Of a stretch of DNA of 64,000 nt, positions 8,844 through 19,300 are shown piece after piece. A model generated the notes under the pieces. It saw nothing but the letters and a program-made list of their open reading frames with translations, searched no databases and was not told where the DNA came from. The number at the start of each line of letters is the position of its first letter. The first letter of the stretch is position 1. Both the position numbers and the translations under genes were made by a program. Source of the DNA: a virus; the IMG/VR virus record IMGVR_UViG_3300050343_000255, positions 42,358 through 106,357 of that record; one strand, written 5' to 3'.

Positions 8844-9186
8844 CTAGTTCTTCCTCAATAAATCTCTTGTTTGTAATCCATTCTTCAATTAATTCTTGTG
8901 CAACTTCGTTATAGAAGGTTTGTCTTTTAAACCATACTAACCAAGGTTCTGTACCTTTTGAGTGATTACACTCAAGACATGCAGGAAGAAGATTACTGCG
9001 TAAACTTGAACCTCCATTGGCTCGTGGTTTGATGTGATCTAACGTTGTTGCTCGTTTAGATCTGCAGTAGCCACAAAGGCCACCCCAACCATATTTAATT
9101 GATTTTTTAAATCTGCGCTTGGCACTTTGTTTTGATAAACAAGTGAGGTCAAACAGTAGGTCCGACCAGTCTTCAGCAATACCCAT
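8734..9186 (-). CDS. HNH endonuclease
   Basis: CGYC...LDHIKPRANGG...NLLPACLECNHSKG. Confidence 0.9.
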   Translation of the reverse strand: MGIAEDWSDLLFDLTCLSKQSAKRRFKKSIKYGWGGLCGYCRSKRATTLDHIKPRANGGSSLRSNLLPACLECNHSKGTEPWLVWFKRQTFYNEVAQELIEEWITNKRFIEEELDEQPTYHRTTVCSHTSKIRSNSNEQTCSGKNGLAPA

Positions 9187-9251
9187 TCGTTCTTATTTAA
9201 GGAACTTACTACGAATGTAACGGAACTGCGTTCTTTATGTGTATTTAAGTA

Positions 9252-9494
9252 TCAACGATTGCGTGTTTGAGTTAATACAAGTTCATCTAACTTATCTTCT
9301 ATGCGAATCATGTGAGCTTCAACTCTTTCCAAAGTAGTAGCAAAATCAGCTTTTGATATATACGAGCGAGCCATGCACAGCTCAACTTCATCAATACGTT
9401 TATCAACGCTATCAATTTTACTATTGATTCTTGAAGTCAAGATAAAGCCACCAGTTACAACCGCTAGTCCTGCACTGACAATTGACTCAATCAT
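9252..9494 (-). CDS. Single-TM coiled-coil protein (holin-like)
   Basis: N-terminal TM helix; YISKADF...RIEDKLD tail common in phage lysis-region genes. Confidence 0.55.
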   Translation of the reverse strand: MIESIVSAGLAVVTGGFILTSRINSKIDSVDKRIDEVELCMARSYISKADFATTLERVEAHMIRIEDKLDELVLTQTRNR

Positions 9495-9581
9495 TTCAAG
9501 TATATGCACTTGGCTTTTTATCTATTGTATCTCACAATTGCTTTTAATAAACTGTAGACTTTTACTAGAATTATTTAAAAT

Positions 9582-9982
9582 ATGAATCTAGAATTATCCG
9601 AACTATATCTAAATCCAATATTGTTATAGCTAGTTCCAAGGTCCATCGCTGGGGCGTTTTTGCTCATAAAGATATTGCCAAGCACGATGTATTGCAAGAG
9701 TCTCCCTATTGTACTTTCTCTACAAAAGAGCTTAAGAAAAAATCTGATGTAGTTGTTCGCTATACCTATGACTCATATGACAATCCAGGAGCAGATGACG
9801 TTGTACTTGGATTTGGGTTTGCAGCTTTGTATAACCACTCATCCAGTAACAATGCAGCTTATGAGCTAGATACTGTTAATGAGGTCATGCGCCATTACGC
9901 AGTAGAAGATATTCCTGCCGGTTCAGAAATCTTCATTGACTATGGATATGAAGATGATGATTGTAATTTTGGAGATTACTAA
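9582..9982 (+). CDS. SET-domain lysine methyltransferase (one frameshift near the 5' end)
   Basis: SKVHRWGVFA..DI, YNHS...NA, A..DI.AG.EIFIDYG. Confidence 0.85.
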
Positions 9983-10242
9983 TCTTTCTTTGCTTTATGA
10001 CTGTACGAAATTGTCCAGCCATCTTGGCCAAACTCTCCAACCTCTTCAAATTTCCAATCCAACTCAGGATCAGGCTCTGGTGTTGAACGCTTGAAATCCT
10101 CCACCGCAGTATCTATCTTGTGCGGCAGAGTTGTATAAAATTTTCTTTCTTGTATCTTCCGTCGGACAGTTTCCAATGGACTGCGACTATTGAATTGATA
10201 TATCCATTTCCCGTCTGACGGTATGTTGCCTAAGCCTTTTTT
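9979..10242 (-). CDS. Open -1 frame with no ATG start; putative frameshift extension
   Basis: Open from the slippery site: KKGLGNIPSDGKWIYQFNSRSPLETVRRKIQERKF... Confidence 0.55.
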   Translation of the reverse strand, partial: KKGLGNIPSDGKWIYQFNSRSPLETVRRKIQERKFYTTLPHKIDTAVEDFKRSTPEPDPELDWKFEEVGEFGQDGWTISYSHKAKKD

Positions 10243-10373
10243 CCAGGCTTAATTGCATTGACTGCAGAAAGCACAAGCTGTACAACAGAGTTGGACTTCA
10301 GTGGAGTCAGTGCAATAATTTCACTTGCAGCAGCAATAATAATCCAAAAAATTGGAGACTCAATGATACCCAT
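10230..10373 (-). CDS. 47-aa membrane protein (holin-like), with a candidate -1 frameshift extension to 9979
   Basis: MGIIESPIFWIIIAAASEIIALTPLKSNSVVQLVLSAVNAIKPGKKA*; A AAA AAG just before the stop. Confidence 0.7.
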   Translation of the reverse strand: MGIIESPIFWIIIAAASEIIALTPLKSNSVVQLVLSAVNAIKPGKKA

Positions 10374-10401
10374 GATTATATATGTAAGTTGATTTTATTC
10401 T

Positions 10402-10527
10402 AACTACTTTGCTACGCAAACTACGAGGTTTTCTATATACCTATCTTGTTAATCCTGGCTACGTAGCATCTATAGCCTATTTAAAAAAACAGTATATAAG
10501 CAGTAGCGTAGTCAGCGTAGTTTTTGC
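10402..10527 (-). repeat. Dispersed CTACG inverted-repeat element, copy A
   Basis: Reverse complement aligns with 52270-52391 and 61518-61656. Confidence 0.8.
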
Positions 10528-10579
10528 AGCTTTTATCTATTAGCTCTATGCTGAGTAAGCGTAGATGCATATATAGATT

Positions 10580-10858
10580 ATGGAATTCTCGACAGAGCAG
10601 CAATTGTTCCTGGCGATTCGCAGCCTCGACACCAAGCTCGACAGCGTGCTTCGTCGTCTCAACTCAGAAGAACAAGCAGAGTGGCTCGACACTAAAGACA
10701 CTTGCTCGATGCTTGGTTGCACCGACCGTCACCTCCGCAACTTGATGGCAGAGGGCACCATCGCTGGTGACTGCATCCGTAATGTCGGCACCATCAAACG
10801 TGCTCGTTACAAGTTTCACCGCAGCAAGGTTATGAGTCAGTACCTCAAGCGCGTTTGA
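10580..10858 (+). CDS. Excisionase-like HTH protein
   Basis: EWLDTKDTCSMLGCTDRHLRNL HTH; convergent with the integrase. Confidence 0.75.
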   Translation: MEFSTEQQLFLAIRSLDTKLDSVLRRLNSEEQAEWLDTKDTCSMLGCTDRHLRNLMAEGTIAGDCIRNVGTIKRARYKFHRSKVMSQYLKRV

Positions 10859-11950
10859 ACTTGTCGCGCTGCTTTTCCCTCAGTGCACGCATGTTTTTCT
10901 TGTTGATCCACAGGTGGTAGTGCTTTCTATGTGTCGTTTCTGAGTGACCCATCAGCCTTGCAGCAGTGCTGATCTCTATCCCCTGCACTAGCGATCGAAT
11001 CGCATAGGCGTGACGCAGGTTGTACAGCGGCCTGTGCTTGAGATTGTTACGTTCCATGTAATCGGAGTACTGCCTGGCGACGTTCAAGCGGTGGCAGGTG
11101 GGCTTGTGTATCTCACACAGGTTCAGCTCCTTGATCCATTCTTCTGGCAACGCCCAAGCTTCACGCGAGTAAGGCTTGCCCTTGGTTTTGTAAGTCATCA
11201 GATTGATTACGTCATCCTCGAACTCGACGCTCAGTAATTCGCTGGGCCTGGTGCCAAAGGCCATGCTCATGCCATGCACCCATTTCCAGCGTGGATCTTC
11301 GATGCTGCTCCAGATCGACAGCAGTTCCTCATCACTAGGAATGTCCCGCTCAGTGAGCTGAGAAATTGTGTAGCCCTTCTCGCCTCGAACAGTGGCTGCT
11401 TATCCCACTTCAGTCCCATGTGATCAAGGGTGACTGAGACGATCGAGCCGAAGTTTTCCCGACTGCTCGGTGACTCGATGTCCTTAATCACCTGGCAGAT
11501 CGCCTCTAGATCAGCAGCTCCATAGAACTTGCTGAACAGGCTGATCGTCGGTTTGTACTTAGCGGTGTAGATGCCCGCGCCTGTCTTGGGCTTGTCTGGG
11601 TAATAGGCATCGAAGCGTGCCTCGATCGCCTGGCACAGCTCTGTGAACAGGATCGAATCACGTGGAGCACTGCTTTTCTTTGCAGTGATCTTGTCTTTGC
11701 TCCAGTTGCTCCAGCTGAAAGTGCCCATCGAAAGCTCCTCGTCCAAGCGGAACGCCAGCTCTTTGGCCTTATCAGGTGTACTTAAATCGCTGGCCCTTCA
11801 GCCTGTCGGAATTTGCTGCTGCTTACGCTTGCTCGGCTCCGTTTTGCAGGGCAGTGTGGCGACTAAGTACACAGCCTGTCGATCTGGCAGGGTTTTGATA
11901 GCGCAACGGTCCAGCTTCTTATTGAGGAACGTGACCCAATTTCTGTCCAT
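10845..11950 (-). CDS. int: Tyrosine integrase (broken by frameshifts, probably sequencing errors)
   Basis: GTRPSE, YKTK, YNLRHAYA, LMGHS...HRKHY; fragments 10845-11279, 11267-11746 and an N-terminus from ATG 11950. Confidence 0.85.
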
Positions 11951-12065
11951 CACTGACTTCTCGGCTCCCCCGAGTATGCCCCAAACTCACTGATCCTGTG
12001 TACTTAAAAACCGTCTTAAATCCCTGGTTTTGGTGCCGGAACAGACCGGAACACAGGTGAACCAA

Positions 12066-12091
12066 TAAAAAAGGGACCCTTGCGGATCCCC
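12066..12091 (-). terminator. Terminator downstream of the tRNA fragment
   Basis: GGGGATCC-GCAA-GGGTCCC followed by a T run on the minus strand. Confidence 0.65.
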
Positions 12092-12123
12092 TGGTATGAC
12101 TGGTGTTTAAGTCGGTGACTCAA

Positions 12124-12172
12124 TCGGAGCGGCGGGATTTGAACCCACGACCCCTACTACCCCAAGGTAGTG
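12124..12172 (-). mobile_element. attP core: 3' half of tRNA-Pro(GGG)
   Basis: CTACC-TTGGGGT-AGTAG-GGGTC-GTGGG-TTCAAAT-CCCGC-CGCTCCG-A; no 5' half; next to int. Confidence 0.85.
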
Positions 12173-12256
12173 ACAATTCTTTATAAACCCGCTTCGTAAC
12201 TGGCTTTTGATTCGTCAATTTTGTAAATGTACTTAATTTTGTACTTAAGTTCAGAA

Positions 12257-12634
12257 TTAGCTGACGGCTGTAATTGCCGCTCCACGCAGGGGTACTCGGT
12301 AATCAGTGCCGACTTTCAAGGCAGCATCTGATGTAACGAAAATACGAGTGACGTATTTACGCTTGTCATCTCCGTCAAAGACATAGGCAGAGCCGTTCCA
12401 CTCCACTTTCAAATGTGGGTTGGAGTCAGAAACTGCGATGTAAACAGACTGGCTGTTGTCACTGTTGTCAACACGCACGCAGCCTTCGTAGATCGTGTTA
12501 TCCCCATTCCACCACCAACGTGGGACATTCCAATAATTGCGAGGGCGATCAGTAGTCCTTGGACTGACGAAAGTTAAGTCGCCTGATTGGTCCTCAAAGG
12601 AATGCAATCCTGTAATAGTAATTGCACCAGCCAT
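12257..12634 (-). CDS. Hypothetical protein, possibly virion-associated
   Basis: 125-aa beta-rich ORF ending the minus-strand run. Confidence 0.6.
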   Translation of the reverse strand: MAGAITITGLHSFEDQSGDLTFVSPRTTDRPRNYWNVPRWWWNGDNTIYEGCVRVDNSDNSQSVYIAVSDSNPHLKVEWNGSAYVFDGDDKRKYVTRIFVTSDAALKVGTDYRVPLRGAAITAVS

Positions 12635-12783
12635 TAACCTTTGCCTCGCTGCATTACTTTACGCATTTTCTTATCCTTGAAATCTTGAGCATCAGGTTCT
12701 TTAGATGCTTCTTTCATAGGTTCTTGTTTGTCCCCATCTCCATCAATATCAAGGAAATCAGGTTTCATGCTTTGTCCTGGCAT
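12634..12783 (-). CDS. Small protein with a DxDxDG motif
   Basis: MPGQSMKPDFLDIDGDGDKQEPMKKA...; stop-start overlaps on both sides. Confidence 0.6.
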   Translation of the reverse strand: MPGQSMKPDFLDIDGDGDKQEPMKEASKEPDAQDFKDKKMRKVMQRGKG

Positions 12784-13019
12784 CAGTCTTTACTAATAAT
12801 GTTTTTATAGAAGTTAGCCTTCTTCTTCATTTTAGATGATGCATCTGAATCATTTAAAACTTCATTAGCAAAAGCCTTACGTCCTTCTGGTGTATCTGGA
12901 TGTCCAGCTTTTGTTGCTGCAGCAGTGAAGGTTCCTTTAGTTCCACCTTTCTTGCCATGCGACATTTTCTTGAATGCTTTGGCTAAGCCTTTTGCCTGCT
13001 TGCGGGGTTCCTTTGACAT
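12783..13019 (-). CDS. Small Lys-rich protein
   Basis: KGTFTAAATKAG...KKKANFYKN. Confidence 0.7.
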   Translation of the reverse strand: MSKEPRKQAKGLAKAFKKMSHGKKGGTKGTFTAAATKAGHPDTPEGRKAFANEVLNDSDASSKMKKKANFYKNIISKD

Positions 13020-13274
13020 TACGAACGATGCTTAGAAGTTTTCTTGGCAACATCTTTAGGCTGCTTACTGAACTGCTGACCTTTACGAGCAGCAGCGCGT
13101 TTTTTAGCAGTACTTCTTGCATACTCTTCATCAGTCAAAGCTTCCCTAGCTTTCTTAGGCAGGTAGCGTTCACCAGTTGCTTTCTTGCCTTGAGTACTGT
13201 TTTTACCCTGACTTAGTACCCCAATCTTCTTTAGTCCAACTATCTAGAGAATTTTGTGATTTTGCTTTAGCCAT
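13019..13274 (-). CDS. Small Lys/Arg-rich protein (DUF5872-like), frameshifted
   Basis: SLDSWTKEDWGT...GERYLPKKA..AL..EEYA...QFSKQP. Confidence 0.65.
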
Positions 13275-13457
13275 TAGTCTTTATACCCGCCACCTTTGGC
13301 TTTATATTGCTTGGCTAACATCTGTGCTTTACGAGCAGACCACTGACCAGGCTTTCCACCTTTACCACTAGCTTTAATTTGAGAGAATAGTTTCTTACGC
13401 ATACCTGGCATTGTGTAATTGCCAGCTTCGTTGACTTTATGATTTCTTGTCAGCCAT
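13274..13457 (-). CDS. Small Lys-rich protein, frameshifted near the start
   Basis: NYTMPGMRKKLF...GGKPGQWSARKAQMLAKQYKAKGGGYKD. Confidence 0.7.
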
Positions 13458-13800
13458 CAGTCTGCTCCATCATGTATTCATCTGACCCTTCTTGATTATA
13501 TTCATTTTTTGGCATGCATTCATCGGTAATTGGTCCTCCATGCACCCAAGCATCACATGTACGATCGCCTGCACATTTAAATTTAAATAGCTGACAATAA
13601 CCAATGTTGGCATTCATGATGACCTTACGTGGATCAACGTATGGCTCTTCATCTGTACCAATGCCTTTGCCAATGCAGCACATGACTTTCCATGTCTGAT
13701 CGAACGCGGCACAGTTACCACAGCGGGTAGACTTTGCCTCTTCAACTGATGTATGAAAGATGTCTGCCTTTTGTTCCCAGAACTCATCGTTAGGGAAGGA
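13450..13800 (-). CDS. Cys-rich phage protein, frameshifted; 5' end uncertain
   Basis: RCGNCAAF and GYCQLFKFKCAGDRTCDAW in adjacent frames. Confidence 0.5.
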   Translation of the reverse strand, partial: SFPNDEFWEQKADIFHTSVEEAKSTRCGNCAAFDQTWKVMCCIGKGIGTDEEPYVDPRKVIMNANIGYCQLFKFKCAGDRTCDAWVHGGPITDECMPKNEYNQEGSDEYMMEQTDG

Positions 13801-14184
13801 CCATCGAAGGATTGTCCAATTTCATTCTTTGGAACATCTTGATAACCTGAAACGTGTCCTAAGTTCGCCTTGCGTCCTTGATAATTAAAATTCGAACATT
13901 TAATATTCAATTTAGTATTCAACAATAATAAGGCCGTGAACATCAGTACAAACGGCTGAGTTAGCGTAAAGAATTGCATTAATGAAAGAGTTCCCAGCCA
14001 CGCACTAATGACTTCACTACTTAGATGATATTAGCTGTAACCTCGTGACGTCTCTGATGAAATAACAACAATTACTTACTTAAGCTTCTGCAATTGCTTC
14101 TGCTTCTTCTAGCTGTGAGCTTCGCGCAATGAAGCAGCACCCATCATTAGGCAAACCTTGATAATCCTTTGTCCACAATCATTA

Positions 14185-14490
14185 GTCACCATTTTATGTG
14201 ACCAGTAACGTGCACTAAAAATGATCTGGCTTACTATCCTGTGCATTATGCCTAGCGTAGTAAGACTTCTTACGTGCTTTGTCTTTTGCAGACTTAGGAT
14301 TTTTACCAGCACCTTTTACGCCTTGCTGACCAAAACGGATGATCTTTTCTTTACCGTTTTTACAGGCTTTTACAACGTGTGATTTTGTTGCGTGACCTTT
14401 AGTACGCATTGGTTTATTGCACTTAAGTTTATCTTTGTCTAAGTGAGACTTAGCTTTTGATTTAGCTTTAGCGCGAGCAGATGCTGCCAT
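14185..14490 (-). CDS. Small basic phage protein; C-terminus frameshifted, end approximate
   Basis: KSHVVKAC...KIIRFGQQG...RKKSYYARH then SARYWSHK. Confidence 0.7.
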
Positions 14491-14511
14491 GTTATCTACA
14501 CAATCCTTCTA

Positions 14512-14649
14512 TTATTTTAACGGTTCTAAAGGATCAGATTTACCATCTACGATTGCACAAGCACGTTTATAAAAGAAATTATCTGTAGTACCTTTCTCCT
14601 CCATAACTTCTTTAATCTTTAGCCAATTAGCTTTTTCTTCGTCACTCAT
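14512..14649 (-). CDS. Small cyanophage-type hypothetical protein
   Basis: MSDEEKANWLKIKEVMEEKGTTDNFFYKRACAIVDGKSDPL. Confidence 0.6.
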   Translation of the reverse strand: MSDEEKANWLKIKEVMEEKGTTDNFFYKRACAIVDGKSDPLEPLK

Positions 14650-14918
14650 TGGTTAGCTGCAATGTGATCCATCTCTGCATGCATGAGGTCACTAAGGTTT
14701 GACACCTGAGCACAGCAGCTCATAATCAATCCGCGTTGATTAGGGGTGAGATTGTCTGCATCAATAGCATCTTCTGATAGCACTACTGCTACGTCACCTA
14801 GTGCCATGATGATTGCAGGCATTCCCCACTTTTCAACCAATCCAGACATTACAGATAGAAGTGGATTGTCACCACTTTCTACTGATTGCCAGAATTGTTT
14901 GCGTTCTTCCGCAGTCAT
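14646..14918 (-). CDS. Hypothetical protein
   Basis: 90-aa ORF with TACAATAG upstream. Confidence 0.6.
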   Translation of the reverse strand: MTAEERKQFWQSVESGDNPLLSVMSGLVEKWGMPAIIMALGDVAVVLSEDAIDADNLTPNQRGLIMSCCAQVSNLSDLMHAEMDHIAANQ

Positions 14919-14977
14919 AATTAGAGCCCTAAGTATTACTATTGTAGATAGAATACCTGTAGAGATATGTAGACATT

Positions 14978-15726
14978 ATGGCACAGATATCCGTAGAGAG
15001 TTTCAAGAACTTTTTTAAATTTTACGAAGGTGAAGCACATCAACAACTTGCTGTTGAAAAGCTATATAAGTTAATTCCGTTAGATGCATTAGAAAATAAT
15101 TGTGAATGGATTCTTCAGTATCGTGATCAACTGAAAGATCAAACGGTAGAAACAAAGCAGTGGCCCATCACTAAAGTGCAAATGGGACTAATCATGAACT
15201 GTAGTACTGAAAGTCTTCCTGACTCACTGATGGATGACTTTGCTAGATGCGTAGATCTATATCAAATGGATCGTTTGAGCATTGCATATTTCTTAGGTCA
15301 ATGCGGTCATGAGTCAGCAGGACTCAGATATCCAGTAGAAATTGCATCAGGTAAAATTACGAGGGAAGAGATGATTTAAATAATATTTATCGAGGTGATG
15401 GCGTCAAGTTTGCTGGAACTGGTTGGATTGCAAGTTACTGGCAGATATTGGCATCAGCAGTACAGTCAGACTATCTTCAGAAGAGTGAATTTGACGATAA
15501 AATTATGGAAGTTGGAAAGACATATACAAGTGAAAAATATCCGTGGTCAATTAGTGGATACTGGTGGCATGAAATAATATGAATGATTTTTGCAAAATAA
15601 AACCACCCGTTGATCAAGTAGGTCAACGAGTGAATGGTAAGTATTTACCTAACGGATATGAAGACAGACGTCGTATATTCTAAAAAAGCTTTTGAAGTAT
15701 TAGGTTTACCATATCCTGGTAATTAG
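14978..15726 (+). CDS. GH19 chitinase-like endolysin, frameshifted
   Basis: AYFLGQCGHESAGL, GDGVKFAG.G.LQVTGR, W..SGYWW, RVNG...NG..DR. Confidence 0.8.
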
Positions 15727-15794
15727 TCAAAAGTTACTTCGTCGCCTCTATCTAAATACCGGCACCACTGCCACAACAATGATTATCTTCAATC

Positions 15795-16267
15795 TCAGGA
15801 GTCTTCTGATTTCTCTGGAGCTTCTAGGTGTAACGGTGGCTCCCACTCTGAATAAGAAGCTGATGTAATATATGCAGCTAATTCTTCAGTCGTTGTTGTT
15901 GCACTGATGGCTTCACGTTTGGTGTCACAGTAAGTACGAATCTCACCACGACGATCAAGAACATCTTGAGGAACTGCTACTTCTGTTTCTTGCTTACGAA
16001 TGACATACCAATCGCTAGGAGCAAGCAATGTATATGCAGTTTGATTGGTGTTATTAATCCAAAGAGTAACTAGATCTTCGTGATCTTTCGGAAGCTCTGG
16101 ACCCCAGTAGAAGCGTTGGTCATACCAAGGAGCATCAGCAACTTCTGTAATTCCAATGGCTGTTTTTTCTTCAAGTGAAGCCAATCGTAGCCAATTAGCT
16201 GGATACTGAATTCATTATGTGTGAATGCACGATCGTAAGATAGTGGACGTCCGTCTAAGATAAGCAT
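15795..16267 (-). CDS. Tail-fibre assembly/chaperone-like protein, frameshifted
   Basis: LLAPSDWYVIRK...R.EIR motif; follows a fibre gene. Confidence 0.65.
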
Positions 16268-16312
16268 GACAATTTCTCTGATGTTACTATTTTAGCTATT
16301 TAAATTGATTAA

Positions 16313-19300
16313 TTAGTTACGTGCACGTGCAGTTTTGAAGGGGTTAGAAGCAAAAGCGATATATATGTAAGTATTTCCACTGCCATTGTTTCGGCTTGTA
16401 GAGCTACGTAACTTAAATCCATTGCTTAAAATATCATACACTATTAATTGGTGACACTATCAAACTCAGCGTCACTGGTATGTGGCTGAAGAAGTTTAGA
16501 AACACGTTGTCAGGATCACGAATCATTCACTGTCGTGAAGCATCCACATCTCAGTCGTATTGGTGCATCTCAAAAGCAAGAATGCAACTTTAAACCCGGT
16601 ATACACAAACGGACCATCAGTAGGATCCATTTCCAACGTACGAACCCATTGCGCTATAGCCTTCGACAGGTGAGAAGCAGTAGGCGATGTTAAATCACCT
16701 ATGTATCCGTTACTACTTGGAGTCCATGCAGAATCGGTACCATTTAACTTAACGTTTGTGGTTGAAGCTAAAGAACTATGTTTAACCATCCATCCTGTGA
16801 GTGACACAGCACTTCTGCTTTTTGTAATAACCATTCCAGGTGTAGCATTCAATCCGTGCGCAACTGTTGCCGTTGTATTTGTACCGGTATAAGTGCAAAT
16901 ACTGAACCCAGCACTTGGGTTGGCACGTACTGTTGATGCGATGCTTGGGACGTTGGGTACTGATACGCCGGAGTCAACTAAAGTTTTTCCTGCTACTCTA
17001 ATTCCATAAATTAAAATTCCAGCCGAACCTAAGCCCGCCGAACTATCGTGTGAAGATCCACCAAATTGAATTTCATTTATATCAGCAAATGATCCACAAT
17101 TTATCCAACCACGAGATGATGGTGTATCCGATGCTTTTGTTCCGTTTACATAAACATCATAAACACCACTAGAACTCCAACAATTTATTTCAAGAGTTCC
17201 GGAAAGTGTATAGCTTGTTGTATCCCAGGTGACGTACTGACCACCTGCATTATTATTAATATTGTTATCAAAATTGGCATCAAAGCCATAGGATGGAGGT
17301 TGAGCCCCGAAGCCGTTTCCAGAAGCAGTCCAGTTATTACTCCACGTCTGACTCTGGTCATACAACGAGCTATTTAAACTACCAGCAGCAATCGTTGTGT
17401 TGGAAGATCCGGCGTCCCACGCCCATGCTACGTGAGCTTCTCCAGAAGGATAGTTTGTGCTATTTTGCCCTATATCATCGCCTAATGTAAATCCGTTCGA
17501 GTCAAAAGAATTAAATGTACCTGTACCATAACCAGAACCTGATGTTGTGTGCTCAGCGTTTGTTCTGTTAGAGGATAGAAATTGATTTGCTCCCCGAACA
17601 ACATCAAACAATCCGTGCATTTGTGCAGACGACCGATTCTTAATCCATACAAACGATGGAGAAAACTTGTAACCTGTTACTGACAAGCTTGATGAGTTAC
17701 TTGTATATAACTTCGTATCAAAATACTGACTGCCATCCGCAATCGTTGGCTCAGGTAAGTTCGCTGTGCAAAGTGACTTGAATCCTGAAATGTTGTTGCT
17801 ATAGGCAAACGGTCTTTGTCCCCAATTTGAATGTATTTTTTCGGCGGCCGAAATTCCAACTGCAAAAACGTACGTCCCGGTCAATCCTGTAAAGGCCGCA
17901 TTGCTTCCCGAATCAGGGTCGCCTGAAGCAAACCATGTTCCATTCTTGCCCCACCAGATCTTGCCGTTATCTAAATCAACAGCCATCATTATTTTGTCGT
18001 TTAGCGACATCCCAGACCCGTAGCTAGCGTCACTGCTATTCGTCCGTTTTGCCCCGCTAAAGCAATTTAAAGCATAACTATTAGCAGTCATGCCGACAAA
18101 ATTATTACTAAAACTTGCAGGATTAAATTGATCGTTGTCTTCCGGCACCTTTTGGATGCCGATCATCAAACCACCGTTTTGGCTACCAACTGTGTCAAAT
18201 TCTGCGTACCATTTACCTGAAAACACTGCCATGGTTGATGCAATGTTTCTCCAGCCACTTGACCCAGAGCCACTATGAGTGACAGTTAAATTTGCTTGTG
18301 AAAAAGTCGGACCTGTAGTTGATAATGGATTCCAAGTGCAGTAGTTACCAACAACCTCACCGCCCGCTCCAGTGTCTGTCTGCGTGCCATTGGTTGGGGA
18401 GTCAACTAGGGAGTCAATTTCTGCGGGATCAGCAACACCATAAGACGCAATAGTCACTGCGCTTGACATCTGGGTGTATTGAATGAAGCCAAAATAAAGA
18501 TCACCCGTAGAAGGTAGGGAAAAGGAAGGAGTAGAACTTGTGTTAGTTGGGTTTCCACCTCCTACCCAAGAGCTTCCATTATGAGTAACCCATGCCTTAT
18601 GATTCTTTCTATCAATAACCCAGGTAAGGGTGTCAGTTCCTTCGGGGTTTGTATCACTAAAACCAGTAATACTTCCGCTGCCGTCTGCAACACCATTAGC
18701 AGTCGAAAAAGAGCCAATAGTGCCTAAGCTAGCTGTCCCTCCTCGCTGTCCGATACTATTTGTGCCGCGCCCTTCATTTGGGTGACTACCACTAAGACTA
18801 GTGCTGTTGGAGTCGCAAATAAACCAACCACCATTAGTGTCGCCGCCAGTCCAATATGTCGTAAAGCCATAAACTTTGTTGGTCTGCAGAAGACCACTAA
18901 ATACGTCGGCATAACCAGCTGCACTCATGGAGGCTGAACCACCTCCACTGGCTATCGTCCATTCTGAATCGCCTGAAGTCCAAACTGTGCTGCTGTCAGC
19001 AATGCCTGCACCAACAGAAAGATTATTAACAGTCCACGTATTGCTGTTGCCACTTGTGTCCGTACCAAGCGCAGCGTTTGAACTGTTGTCCGCAAAGTCG
19101 AGGTGAAAACCGTTTACGCCTGGAGCGAATACAGCTGGTGTGCCAGTTGGGCTTGCAAACGTACTTCCGTTAGTAGAAAACTGTAAATTTCCGAGAGCCC
19201 AACCATCACTCGCAGATACAATCTCAAATGATGTGATATTTGTAGAACTGATTGTTTCAGTTCTTACTGCATAACTACTGTTTGTAGTTAAACCAGAATG

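Larger units (their letters stand above)
11777..12248. repeat. TGTACTTAA repeats, putative integrase arm-binding sites
   Basis: Copies at 11777, 11999, 12228, 12240 and an inverted variant at 11863, on both sides of the core. Confidence 0.65.

Noticed and set aside
12124-12172. Functional tRNA gene
   Set aside because: The 5' acceptor strand and D-arm are missing; the context indicates an attP core
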